This document shows positions 12,030-25,070 of a stretch of 64,000 bases of DNA, piece after piece. The stretch's first letter is position 1. Each line of letters begins with the position of its first letter. Location of the stretch: positions 66,030,001 to 66,094,000 of the forward strand of contig NC_043000.1 of assembly GCF_006345805.1 (NCBI RefSeq), given 5' to 3'. The notes under the pieces were generated by a model. The model was not told the DNA's origin. It made no database searches and worked only from the letters and a program-made list of their open reading frames with translations. Source of the DNA: Octopus sinensis. Taxonomy: Eukaryota. The position numbers and the translations under genes are program-made.

Positions 12030-13370
12030 TCATTCTGTTTTTATGTAATCTTTCATACTAACAGCATCATCAAAAGAAAAGATATCAAGAAAGTTTGCAC
12101 TTTCAAGCAGTTCCAATGATTAAATTGCACATAGAGGTGCTTTGGGTTTCCAGTGTTACTTCTGATTTTGTCCAGACCAGGTTAGGATCATCAGTGGTGG
12201 GACCTGGCATTTTGCAGTTTTCTGGCAATACATAAAAGTTAGTGTGGAGACCTGTGAGATATGTTCAAAATTTTTAAATGCTGCATTCTAACATAGTTAC
12301 AATGCAGCATAATAAGATAATTACATATTTTTCAGTTTAGAGTTAAATTAAGAAAATCTTGAGGTTTGTAGAAAAATCCATTTAAATAAAAAAAGTGTCC
12401 TTGATAGAGCAATGTTTCCTAATATTTTCTCTTAACCTGCTCAAAATAGTGAAATCTTCCAAATTACAACCCTTCTTGAAAAGGAAAGGGAATACTAAAT
12501 AATGTAGTTCTAGATGCACAGTGCTCGAGAGAAACATGAGAATCAGTGAATAGCTGCAGTTAAACAGCTTCATAATCTCTGGTCTTTCAGAAAACCAGAG
12601 AGGCCAGTCACTACCCTAAATTACAAACAGTTTGTGATCCTTTTACAAAGCCCAAGTAAGCTGCACTTTAAAAGTACTGCTCACATGTTTGAGACTATGC
12701 TGTTGCTGTACATACAAATATTCTAGATCATATCTCCTACACATTTCTACTACTCACACTACTACTGCTGTTGTCTAAGTTTCCAAACTTTATACCAGAA
12801 GTCTTCAAAAGGTTTTCCACAGGACATTGGTGTACTTCAATGCACCTAGATTTTAATAAAATTTAAGACTAGAAAATGTATTCCAATATTTGAAATCTGT
12901 TATAATTTTGTCAAGCACAAGTATGATTTATAAAACAAGGTAAGTAATAGTTTTCTATTCCTTCATGGAAATTTAAAACTTTTTTTTTAACTTAGCATGC
13001 AAAGTGAACAACAGGGAAATAGATATGAGATATAGAAGGTGGGAAAACTGCAAGCATGGGACTACAAATATACCACTTGTGAAACAAATATAGGAGACCT
13101 GATACAAGAAATAATTTTTAATGGATAATCAACATTACCTTTACAAACTTGGAGAAAGTAGCCTTGTTGAAAATGAGAGGCACTGATGTAAACAACTTCG
13201 ATTAATGATAGTTATACAAGCAGCATATGAAAAGTCAATGCAAAGGATTGGAATTAACAATACATTCAATATAAGTCTGAATAGAAAGTGTACGCAGTTG
13301 TTCTGTTTGCAGCTTCCTCCTTTTACTTCATCTTTATGAAGTAATTTCAAAAGAATTCAGAATGAAGTTC
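12030..13370 (-). pseudogene. Possible decayed multi-exon gene of unknown product (segments 13370-13139, 12615-12325, 12251-12030)
   Basis: Minus-strand AG/GT junctions at all segment ends and 98 stop-free codons across the first junction. Several in-frame stops elsewhere; no homology recognised. Confidence 0.25.
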
Positions 13371-14578
13371 CTACATGCATATTGTGTAATTCTCATTGAA
13401 AAATAACTCAATTACGCTTTGATTTGAGGGTGAATATGATGAAATATTAGTTTGATTAGAATACCTAAAACCTGATGATATCGGAGAAATGACTCGGTCT
13501 TTAACATTTTGTTGAAATATAGTTTTTCATTCAATAATGAAGAATATAGTAAAATAACCTTGTTATTTAGCTGATGTTTGGGACAAATTAACCTGAAATT
13601 TTGATGTGAAATTTGAATTTAGATCACTTTAAAACAGGAAGTTTATACCAGAAGCAAGATGGGCTTCAGACATTGCTATCAAAAGAGTTAAGGAGTGAAT
13701 ATGCTGGGAACCAACATTTTTATTTCACACGTGATGAAATGACAAATGAAGAAAGATCAATTAAAGTAAAAAAGAGAAGAGACATTTTTTTACAAACAAA
13801 CTTGGAAGTGAACAACTGTTTTTAGTTTACAAATTATATTTTGGTTGTTACTGGACAAGAGTAATAAATGATTGGAAAATTTTAGAGCTTGTTGCCCCTT
13901 TGTTGAAAAAAGGAATCCCTCTCCATTCAAAAACCTAACTGCTCTGTTTGTATATAACTTTTAGAATTCTGTATCATTGTAATTAGATGGACTATGAAAA
14001 CTATGAAGGAATGTGTTGAGTGTTAATTAGGGTTTGTGAAAAATGAATCAGATAATCAGCAAAAACAGTTGTGAAAATGAGGGGATATTAGAAACATTGT
14101 TATATGAGAGAAAGATTATTTTGTTGGTCAAAATTCATCTCTTGAATGAAAAAATGTCACAGATTTGTAATAATAAAATGAGGTTATTTTTGTTTCGTTT
14201 TTTGTATTTTTTTTTTCAAATACAGTGTCTTTTCTCTTTGTTTTATTTGTTTCTCATCATCATTTTATCTTTCTGTGGTGACACAGGGGTTGAAATTATG
14301 GTCTGTGTTATTTAGAACTATGACCCACCTAGACACGTCAGAGGATTTATATTTTACTCCTACATTTCAATGACTTGCATAAAGTGCTCCTCTTACAGGC
14401 CAACATGAGAAGGATGGTAGTTTTCTACTATAATCTTTCTCAATGGCCTCACCAGCCTGAATAGTGCATCCTCAATTATGAACTACTTAATTCCATTCCT
14501 GAGAACTTTTTATTCTCTTCTTTGTAAATAGTGTATCATATCTTTTTTAATGCAATGTTTTTCATAATTTTATATACA

Positions 14579-14942
14579 GCAGGAGTGGCTGTGTGGTAAG
14601 TAGCTTGTCTACCAACCACATGGTTCCGGGTTCAGTCCCACTGTGTGGCACCATGGGCAAGTGTCTTCTACTATAGCCTCGGGCCGACCAAAGCCTTGTG
14701 AGTGGATTTGGTAGACGGAAACTGAAAGAAGCCCGTTGTATATATATATGCGTGTGTGTGTGTATTTGTCCCCCTAGCATTGCTTGACAACCCGTTACTT
14801 AGCGATTCGGCAAAAGAGACCGATAAAATAAGTACTGGGCTTACAAAAGAATAAGTCCTGGGGTCGAGTGGCTCGATTAAAGGCGGTGCTCCAGCATGGC
14901 CGCAGTCAAATGACTGAAACAAGTAAAAGAGAGAGTAAAGAG
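14579..14942 (+). mobile_element. tRNA-derived SINE, family A, near full length
   Basis: Head GGAGTGGCTGTGTGGTAAG...GGTTCAGTCCC, central (TA)/(TG) microsatellite, 3' AGCATGGCCGCAGTCAAATGACTGAAACAAGTAAAAGAG. More than ten related copies occur in the window. Confidence 0.9.
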
Positions 14943-16194
14943 CTAGTGAAATAAATCTAAAAATTCAATTTTGGCTTAGTTTCTATGATTGAATGCCCTT
15001 CCTATCACCATCTACTTTACAGAATTCAGGGTGGTGGAAGGATTTTGCTTTAGGAACTAGCACCAAAGAAATTGCCATGTCTTTGGACAAGATAAAAGGA
15101 TCTTCTCCACCTTATGTGTTTCCACTCATTCATGAAACAGTTTACAGAGTGTACTGAAAGCATTTTGTCATGGCACCAGCATTAGTGAGGTTGCCTTGTA
15201 TTTAGTGAGACTAGAGAGCCCTCAATACTATAAATGCTTGTCCTCTCAAGGGGAATGAAAAAGTGAAAGATGACAGAAGAACCAGAATAGGTAGGTGACA
15301 GTTGTGAGAGTATGATGATATAAAACTGATTGCGGAGAAAGTGATGGAAATAGAGTTGGAGGGGGACATTGGTAGGAGTAAGTGACTGACGTTAACAGCA
15401 AATGGTTCTAGGGAAAGAGAATATTGAGGTTGGGTGTATCTTTTGTCTTGTTTCAGTCATTGTGGCCATACTTTGACACCACCTTGAAGGGTTTTAGTCC
15501 AGTGAATCAACTCCAGTATATTTTTTTCTTTGGAGTCTAGTACTTATTTTGTTGCTCCTTTGTGCTGAACTAACACCAGTTTGAGCAATTTTCATGATGT
15601 TTCATATTTAGTTGCTTTTATTAAATTCATTCAGTTGTTAAATATGAGTAAATCTTGGAATTAAATGATTTTGATTTACTGCCAGGTGACTTTTGGCCAA
15701 CCCTGTGTATCAACAGATAGATTGTGGTTCACTACATCTGTTTCATACGTGTTTTTTCTTTCTTTTTTTTATGAACATGCAAAAAATAGTCATTTTCATC
15801 AGGTGAATACAGGTAAGAATTAATAATTAGGACTTCTCAGGAACAAGCACTTAGTACTAGTTGACTCAGCTGTTTGCTGAGTCATCTGGTACTAGCATCT
15901 GTTGCTATTGTTTATGCTTCACCTAACTCAGAACCTGCAGTTCATTTGGATCTGGAGTCTACAAATGGCAATGCAACAGGTGCAGTTAGTATACCCATGT
16001 GTGACATTGATAATTTGTGAATTCAGTCTGTCACTTGTGAATGTATGCATAACTGCAGAACAAATCCATATTTACTTTAGTGCATACGTATTTGTTGTTA
16101 TACATTGTACACAGCAGTGCCATCACTGACCCAACCATCACGCTTTCACTATTTAAATACATGATTCTCTGAAACCTTAGAAATATCTTTTGTA

Positions 16195-16402
16195 TATGTG
16201 TGTGTGACTGTGTTTGTCCCCAACTCTACATCTTGACAACCAGTGTTTGAGTGTTTACATCCCCCATGAATTAGAGTTTGGTAAAAGAGACCAATGAAAT
16301 AAATACCAGACTAAAAAAAAGTACTTAGGTCAATTTATTTAGCTGAAAATTCTTCAAGGCAGCATGGCCATAGTCTAAGAACTAAAACAAGTGAAAGATA
16401 AA
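16195..16402 (+). mobile_element. SINE family A, 3' half
   Basis: TTGACAACC..GTGTTTACATCCCC..AAAAGAGACC..AAGTAC..CAGCATGGCCATAGTC..ACAAGTGAAAGATAAAAG. Confidence 0.7.
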
Positions 16403-17771
16403 AGCTGAGGTTCCTTTATTTTCTGAGTGTAAACATAGAATGAAATACTTGTTTTTATGCATTTTAATTAGAATGTAAATAAAATGTAAAGATTAAATCT
16501 CTGCATAATAATCTTTTCTACTATAGTAAAAGCCTGAAAATCTCTCCATAATAATAATAGGTGATAGAAATATTGGTTGGTTGGTTGGTTAATTCTCCAG
16601 TCATATTTACATCATATTGAGAGACTAAAAAAGTAGTTTCAGAGAGAGTGAACGTAAGACGAATAGGATTAGCACACATTCTAGACTTGGTGGCAAGCCT
16701 AGAATAAAAGACGACTGCTACACATACACAGAATAAGAGAAAAAGAAATCAGAGACAGGAGTAAAAGGTATGTGTGTGTGTATGTATATATATGTATGTG
16801 TGTGTGTCTATATATATACATTGCAGCTAAGGATAAAATTTCAAATAAAATATTTAGATTTAGAAAATATTAGCTTTTATTAAAACTAAAAATTTTATTA
16901 CAAGTTAATACTTCTATTTGTTATTACTTGCACTTTAAAAAAAATTAATTTTTTAAATTATTACTTGCACTTTAAAAAAATTAATTCTTTTAATTATTAA
17001 TTAATAATTAGAAATTTTAAAATAAGTTATAAAAAATAATAGTAGTACATAATTAGTACAATAAATAGAATAATACAAAAATTAGTTATATATTACAGTA
17101 AAATCTACCTATAACAACAAATTCACAGTAAAATTTGCTTGAGTTATTGCCAATTCTTCACATTTTTAGTCTTGACCCATTACCTATTCTTTACGTAATG
17201 AATTTGCCTAACATATATACAATTCTACTTTGCTTAAAACTTTAGCTTTATTGATACTTCTGGGTCTCATTTCTTAAGTATTCTAGTGTCAATATTTTCA
17301 CAAAATGATGGTACCTTTTTTAATTATAATGTTACTTTGTAAATTAAAATCCAATAGTTTTTGATATTCACATTTTATCCTTAGCTTCAATATTTTAAGT
17401 AAAAATTTTCTTGTTCTTTACTTTGCCAGATATAATAAGTTGTCCTGAACTTTTCCAAGCATAGTAACTTGACCTGTAATTTTCCAGGTTTATAATCTTA
17501 AGAATATTATTTCTCTTGCTCGCATTTTTCCATGTAATCTATATTTTATCCAGGCTATGCTATTATGTTAATTAATAATGGGTCAATTAATAATTTTACC
17601 CTATTGAAAATTGAATAATAAATTTAAAGCGTGTGTATGTGAGAAAGAGAGAGAGAAGGTGTGTGTTGTTGTGTGTGTATGAGGGAGAGAGGAAAAGTCA
17701 GTCACTGAGTGAAGGTGTGTGTTCTCATGACAATTTTTTTTTGTATGTATAAGTAGCTAAGTAAAATTTAT

Positions 17772-17773
<2 letters not shown>

Positions 17774-17837
<64 letters not shown>
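17774..17837. repeat. (CT)n microsatellite
   Basis: About 30 CT units, directly visible. Confidence 0.95.
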
Positions 17838-17840
<3 letters not shown>

Positions 17841-18659
17841 CATCACTCACACATTCACTGAAAAAGATGTGAGGAAAATAAGTTTTAAAACGTACGCTGT
17901 CACTCTCTCCCTTTCTCTCACACACACAACACACACTTTCTGTGTAGCACCCCCTCCATCAACACATACACACATCCATGTCCATTTCCTCTCTCTTTCA
18001 CTTTATGCTGACTTCAAACAAAATGTACATTTCCACTCACAAAAATAAATAAAAATTTTTTTCAAAATTTCTAAATAATATTTTCATTTTTTTCATTTTC
18101 ATAATATAATTGCATTAATTAATACAGATGACTTAATTAAACTAATTGCAAGTTAGCTGTATCATTGATAATTTTTTCCTTACCTCAATGATGCCAGATA
18201 CATTTATTAAAAGTCCCCTTATAGAACTATATTCATAAAAAAAGTATAGAACTGTATTATAAATTTGGGAAACAAACACTCTTAACATTTTTCTTTCAAA
18301 ACTTCATTGCATGAGATTGATACCATGAAATTCTTTGAATTGAGCTCAATCATTTAAGCTTAATTAAAGTACAGTTTGTTTTTAAAATAAAATAATTATA
18401 CTTAAATCCATTTTTTTGCCTTAAATTTTTTTCATGATATTTTACCTCACAACTTTTTGGATACAAATTTTTGTTGCATGGGATCAAAACTATGAAATTC
18501 TTTCTTCTATCACTGAAGCTAAGGTAAATATATTTTGCTTTTAAAATAAAAAAAGTTATTTAGATCTAAACTTGAGATGTAGTTAAATCCTCATCAACCA
18601 ATTCATCTTTCAAAGTATCAAGTTGTGGAAATTGATGGAATTGACATTTTGAAATGGTA

Positions 18660-19960
18660 GTCTTATACAGCACCAATTTCGAAATGAAGATCGTGATAAA
18701 TGATTTACAATCAATGAGAGTTTTTCTGTTTCAAATCATTTTATTTTGTGAATATATCACAAAGAAAAAACATATTGCACCTTGCAGCCATCAATGAAGC
18801 AGATAGTGGAGTACCTTCAAAGAAAGATGATTTTATGGAACAGTTCCACAAAGCGTAAAATACAGTTTCCTTTTGATAGTCACCACACATCAGTATGGTA
18901 TATGAGTTTAGTATAGTCCTCATCATTTCTCAGCTGGAGTTGAAGGAAAATTCAATCAGACAAGGGACTGGACTTCAATTTGTTCACAGTCCTGATAACT
19001 AACTATAGCGCATCATTCAAGCTACCATTCATATTTTTTGCCACTAACTGCTGTCGGTGTGCCAAGCAATGAATAGTTAGTATCTGGTGGGAGATTTCAC
19101 AATTTGAGAAGGATGAAAAACCTCTGTATCTTCCTGTCATCGAAGGGGCTCCATCAGATGCACAGGCAAGAATATTACTGAATGGGATATTATGTCCAAA
19201 AAGGAAAGACTTGAGAGTGTGAAAAATAGTTGCACCTTTTGAATCAAGTGGCAATTTCTCTGTGAACAGCATTTCCTCACAAGGTTGAAGGTTTTCTCGG
19301 AAATATCAAATATATACCACCATCAAACATTGATTGTTTACAACAGTTGACTCATCCAGTTGTATAGAAAATTCAGAATGCTGGAGAATATTAATGAGCT
19401 GATGTTTGACATCGATGCATCGAGAAATTGTACTATTACTAAATAGTATGTTCTTCATAATGTTATCGGATTTTTCATGCTTAATTTCTTTTCATTAACT
19501 GGGCAAAGTAATGTTTCTCCAATAGTGTGAAACATCCCAGACTTAACAACAAGAAATGCAATGTTGTATGATACAATCAACCTGTCATTCTCCTGCTTAC
19601 TAGTTTCCTGGAGTAACGTGTTGAATGTTTGTGTTTGCTTTTTGAAAGAGGAGCTCAGTTGCAAAAAGGATAACAACAGCTTGTCCTTATTGTCAGTATG
19701 CTTTGCGTCAAAGTGATACTTCAAGCGTGAAGGTTTCATTGCTTCGTTGGTCAATGCTTGACCTGAGGAGAGGGAATAAATCCAAATGATAAATAATCAC
19801 TACTGTACAGTCAACAAATTTTCTTGACTGTAAGCATCATCAGTAAAGGGAAAATGTGAAAACAAATTTCCACGGATGGCATCAAAAAGGCAGTATGGTA
19901 TTCCCAAAGAGAAGAAGAAGTCAATAGAGCAGAGTTAGATGACATGTCTTTACTGGAGTA
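18660..19960 (-). mobile_element. hAT (Buster/Charlie, ZBED5/ZBED8/SCAND3-like) transposase remnant
   Basis: Minus ORFs read MKPSRLKYHFDAKH (end of BED finger), GETL, and ACASDGAPSMTGRYRG...IHCLAHRQQLVAK. Fragmented by stops and frameshifts. Confidence 0.85.
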
Positions 19961-20037
19961 AATACAGATCTAGTTCGTTTGGCTGCCAGCATTTCAAAAT
20001 TAAAGTTTATCAAAAATTTTTTAATTTGGCACATTAA

Positions 20038-20256
20038 CCCTTTAGTGTTCAGATTATTCTATCAAACATAATGCTTATTGATTCCCATTGATTTGAATTA
20101 ATCATGCATTATCTCATATCTTCAAGATCTTGATGGTGTAATTACCTAATGTAGAATAACATTGTAGGGTAGATGTGAGAGCCTGGATCTGGTCAGTTTG
20201 AACATAAAACAGATTAACTATTTTGGCCGGATATGGCCGGTTTAAATACTAAAGGG
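20038..20256. mobile_element. piggyBac-like non-autonomous MITE
   Basis: TTAA|CCCTTTAGT ... ACTAAAGGG|TTAA: exact TTAA target-site duplication and TIRs. Confidence 0.85.
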
Positions 20257-20699
20257 TTAATGTACCTTTTCATGCTAAATTGCTAGAGTTATTCAACTTT
20301 TTCCTGAAAAATGTTTTTATAAAGTTACAGAGGCTTAAAGTTTGATCATCTTCACCCAGTCAAGAAACAATTTCAAAGCTGTCATTTTGTGCGTGACTGC
20401 ACATTTTGTCAACATCCTGAAAATAACACTTGTGTTTTGATATGAAACCACAGAATTACACACAACATATAACCCCACATAACTTTTTTATTTTTGGGAG
20501 TTTTCATAACATTTTTGTGAATTTGAATTCTATACGCAGGACTTCATACAATTATGCAAAACAAAAATTGTTTAATAGAGTGTGATTTAAGGCCTAGGCC
20601 TATTTGGCAGCTATTTTTAGCATGCATGACAACCATTTCAATGACTGCGCCAAAAATATTAGATCAATAAACAAGTCTGCTTTTTTAATACAAAGGGAA

Positions 20700-21722
20700 G
20701 ATCTTTTCCTTTTGATCAGCAGGTCGATAAATTAATTTTTTTTAACTAAACACTTTAAAACTTCAGATATTGGTAGAATGTGTCATACAGAACATCTTTT
20801 ACTCCTAGCGATCTTTTACTCTTTTATTCTTTTACTTCGATCATTTGACTGTGGCCATCCTGGAGCACCGCATTTAGTCGAGCAAATGGACCCAGGACAT
20901 ATTCTTTGTAAGCCTAGTACTTATTCTATCGGTTTATTTTGCCAAACTGCTAAGTTATGGGGACGTAAACACACCAGCCCGAGGCTATAGTAGAAGACAC
21001 TTGGCCAAGGTGCCATGCAGTGGGACTGAACCTGGAACCATGTGGTTCATAAGCAAGCTACTTATCACACAGCCACTCCCACGACTAGCTGTTGAGAAAA
21101 GTTTCTATTTACGAAGTTGTTTCGTGTTAAAGTTGTCGTATTTCGGTAATTTCAACCAATCACTGATGTCTATTGAGCTGAATAAAGTTACTGCTGTTGT
21201 TTGTCAACAACAGCTTCTGGTGGTGTATCCTGCCTTTTCTCGCAAATTTTTTTTTCTTAATTTTTTTTTGCCAAGAATTGCCAAGAATCAGAATTTTGAA
21301 ATTTTCTGAACCCCCTTTACCTTGTCCCCTCCAATTTCTTCACTTTACACTTTTTCCTGTAACCCTAACCCTAAAACTCCAACACTAACCCTAACCCTAA
21401 AACCCTAACCCTAACCTTAAAACCCTAACCCTAACCCTAAAAATTTAAAAACAAAACCCAATAATTTGCGAGAAAATGGGGGGATATACCGCCAATAGTT
21501 GTTGACAAACAACAGCAGTAATTTTATTCAGCTGAATACATGTCATTGATTGGTTAAAATTACCGAAATACGACAGCATTAACACAAAATAACTTCATAA
21601 ATAGAAACTTTTCTCAACAATACTAAGAGTAAAAGATGTTCTGTATGACACATTCTACCAGTATTGAAAGTATTCAGTTAAAAAAACTAATTTATTGACC
21701 TGCCGATCAAGAGGAAAAGATC
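20700..21722. mobile_element. Foldback/MITE element with long imperfect TIRs (about 280 bp), an internal (CCCTAA)-rich tract, and a SINE inserted in its left arm
   Basis: 20700-20803 plus 21085-21255 is the reverse complement of about 21460-21722. The interior 21360-21440 has TAACCC repeats. Confidence 0.8.
20804..21084 (-). mobile_element. SINE family A (internally deleted) nested in the foldback element
   Basis: Reverse complement of the 14579-14942 family. CTAGC occurs on both sides (possible short TSD). Confidence 0.8.
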
Positions 21723-22087
21723 CCAATGGGACGTTTCATGTGAATAGACAAATTAATAAAAGTGCATCTTTATTCTAGGTATGCTTAGATATCAATAAAT
21801 GCAGACTTAATTTCTCAAAATTCATTGTCACCCACAAAATGTTCATATCATCCACCAAAGTCTCAAATCACCCACCATTTTCTAGAAATTCACCCATCAC
21901 CTGCCTGCAAGTTGAAATCACCCACCAGTGAGTGATATTGCCCACTTTGGGAAATTATGGTTTAAATATTAAAAGGCTTAATTAGAGAACTAAATCTAAT
22001 TTTTAGCAACCACTCTGCTTCTCTTATCGATAGGGCATTATATGCCCTTCCAGCTAAACATTTCTTAGGATGCTTTGAGGAAGTATA

Positions 22088-22600
22088 TCATCATCATCAT
22101 CTTTTAACATCCATTTTCCATGCTAGTTAGAGTTAGAGTTTTAGGGTTAGAGTTAGGGTTACAGAAAAAAGTGTAAAATGAAGAAATTGGAGGGGGAGGG
22201 GTAAAGGGGGTTGAATGGTTTGACAGGAGCTGGCCAGCTGAAGAGCTGCCAAGGCTCTATGTCTGTTTTGGCATGGTTTCTATGGCTGGTTGACTTTCCT
22301 AGCACTAACCACTTTACAGAGTGTACTGGGTGCTTTTATGATGCACTGGTACAGCTGCCTTTATGTGGCACCAGCACCCACAAGCCTGCAAGATTAGGAT
22401 CACTCAGCTAAAGAGGAATGTAAGGGACATAGCTATATGCAAGGACAGCCATGATTTTATTTAGCTTTATATGTTGTCTCAGGCACAACAAACTGGCAGA
22501 AATCTCAGTCCCTTGTGAGTCCTTCTGTGACTTTGTCCCTCATCTTCAGTCTATCCTTTCTACACATTCCCTCCACATTTAGAGATCAGCACTTCTTGAT
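22088..22600 (-). mobile_element. RTE-LINE 3'-end / related short element with (TGA)n tail
   Basis: Starts with (CAT)n..TTTAACATCCATTTTCCATGCTAG, the reverse complement of the tail seen at 51960-51995. Confidence 0.7.
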
Positions 22601-24879
22601 ACAGCTGAACTCATTGCAAGAGAACTTTTGGAAACTCAGCAGGCCATTGCTGAGTTAAGGTGCATTTTATCAATAACAAATATTACACCTTTTATATTAT
22701 ATTAATAATGTACAGATGTGGTTGTGTTGTTAAGAAGCTTGCATTGAAACTTTGTCATTTTGAGTTAAATCTGCTTGTACATTACCTCAGGTGTCTTCTA
22801 CCATAACGAAGAAATTGTGGTTGACTTTGGAAAGTCTGAACCATTCTTGTATTTATAAAAACTTATCAGACTGCCAGGATCTACAGCACAAATCTTAAAC
22901 TCTGATTTTTATTATATTTAAGAAGATAGAAAAGACATCTCTCTCTCTCTCTCTCTCCTCTTATGCATGAAAAGTTAGAGATCAGTAAATATTTATAAGG
23001 AACAAGTTTGTAATTAGAAAAATGGAACATGGCAACAAATACAAGTAGTTTTAAGACATTATCAAGAATTCACTGAGGATTTATTATACAATCTAATCAT
23101 CTTTTCATGACTACAGACAGGTGCAAATGTGGGTGTGCAGTTAGAAGTTTGCTTCCCAACCGCATGGTTCTGGGTTCAATGCCACTTTAAGCAAGTGTCT
23201 TCTCCTATAACCCTGGGCCATCCAAAGTCTTGTGAGTGGATGATGTGGTAGACAGAAACTGAAGAAAGCCCATCATGGTGTGTGTGTATGTGTCCTACTG
23301 TCTCCTCACCATGACATTGTGAGGTAGTTGTAAGTTGTCATCAATGAAAAACACAGCTGGTCATGGACAAATATTACCTTGCTTGGAAACAGTTGAGGGT
23401 TGGTGACAGGAAGGGCATCCAGCCACAGAAAATCCACCTCCACAAAATTCCATTCTGGGTTCAGTGCCACTGCATGGCACCTTGGGCAAGTCTCTTCTTC
23501 AATAGTCTTTGGCTGACCAAAGCCCGGTGAGTGGATTTGGTCATTGGAAATTGAAGGAAGCCCACCGTATGTGTGTTACTGTCTCATTGACATCGAGTGA
23601 TAGTTGTAACAGATCATCTGCTAAAAAACGTCTGCTAATGTGCAGATATTACCTTAGTTGGAAACAGGTGAGGATTGGTGACAAGGGGAGTGGGTGTCTG
23701 ACCATAGAAAATCCGCCTCCACAAAATTCCGTCTGACCCAAGTGACCTTTAAAAAGCAGATGCTGATACATATAATATTCACACAATGTACATCATATCC
23801 TCAGGGGGTGGACCTCATATCCATTACCAGGGCAAATCCTAGGGCAAATCAGTGCACAAGGACCTGGGCCCCCAGATCTGTGGAACCCCTGGAACCCCTA
23901 GTGTGCTCATTCCTGAAGACGACACTGTTGCCAGGAAGTTTTAACAACGCTATCAGATTTTTTCCATGTTTTTAGAATAGTAAACTCAGTTGTGAGCGTT
24001 ATTAGAAGTTCTTCAGTTTGAGGATAAATATATTTATTATGTTGCTTCCAACCGCCACAATTAAAAACCATAGTGTCTGCCTTTCCGTTCACCTTAATAG
24101 GTGTTGCAAAAAAGTCATGAACGCCTCTGTTTTTCGTACTAAGACAAAAGAAAAAACAAAAAAAACTTCGGTGCGTTTCTGATAGTACATAGCTTCCCAA
24201 TATATGTCAACTATGAACCAATGAGAAAGCTTCTACGTAGTCATTTGACTTGCTGACCTGCTAGAAATGACCGTCAAATCTTCGTTAAATCACATCTTAG
24301 CGTCTTAAAGGAATTGGACAGACATATTGAAGATAGTGGTTCTATATAACATTGAAAAATGAACGGAATGGTCAAAGCTTTGCACATAGGTGACCGGGAA
24401 AACACCTGTTCTGATCAGGTAAATATTTTCACTTTCATGAAAACCTAAAAACGAAGAGGTACTAAAAACGGCATTGATCAAGGTTGAAACACTTTTGATC
24501 AAAGGCCAACTTTGGGCTAAATGCCAATAATAGTACTATAACGTCACCCCTTTCAAAAACATCTTAACATCACATACTTCTCATTTACCAAATCAGTTAA
24601 AAGTTCAACCTTTAAACCTATAGCTTCGAAAAATCTATTAGTATCCAGTTGATCTTGGTTTTCAGCCGTTGCTCAGCCTTGATCGAGTCGGTCTACGATC
24701 AGAGGTATTCCAGCAGTGACTATCTAGTTTTGTTTTTTTTTACCTACTTGTAGGAAACTTTCTATGGCAGTGTGGAATGATTTGAGGGAAATTTGGCTAT
24801 TATTTCAAGCAGATCGAAAACCCAGCTTAATTCGTTGTCTCATGCCATATCTAGTGTTACATATATTATTAAAGTTAGC

Positions 24880-25070
24880 ATTTCATCGGTTATCTCCCGG
24901 GACATACCCAGTAATATGTTTTCCAACGAAACAACTTTTAAACAAAATGCGGTCAACTTGTTGACCTAACGCCGATTTTAGTCGGAACATGTTTCGGTGA
25001 TAACATTAGTCTAACACCGTAAATGGCTGCTGTGTATATTTTTCGAATAATCATTCCATATCGGTGAGAT
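24880..25070. promoter_or_regulatory. CpG-enriched segment; candidate ITPA promoter / non-coding first exon (donor TCG|GTGAGA at 25063/25064)
   Basis: Local excess of CG dinucleotides relative to the flanks. ITPA's ATG exon starts at an acceptor, so a 5' UTR exon is expected upstream. An alternative donor is ATT|GTAAGT at 26440/26441. Confidence 0.3.

Noticed and set aside
15800-16150. Coding-looking, slightly GC-richer patch with a strong + donor (CAG|GTAAGA at 15812)
   Set aside because: All six frames have stops within about 50 codons; I found no consistent acceptor/donor pair and no recognisable protein.
21360-21440. True telomere or chromosome-fusion scar
   Set aside because: Short, degenerate and enclosed by transposon-like inverted arms.
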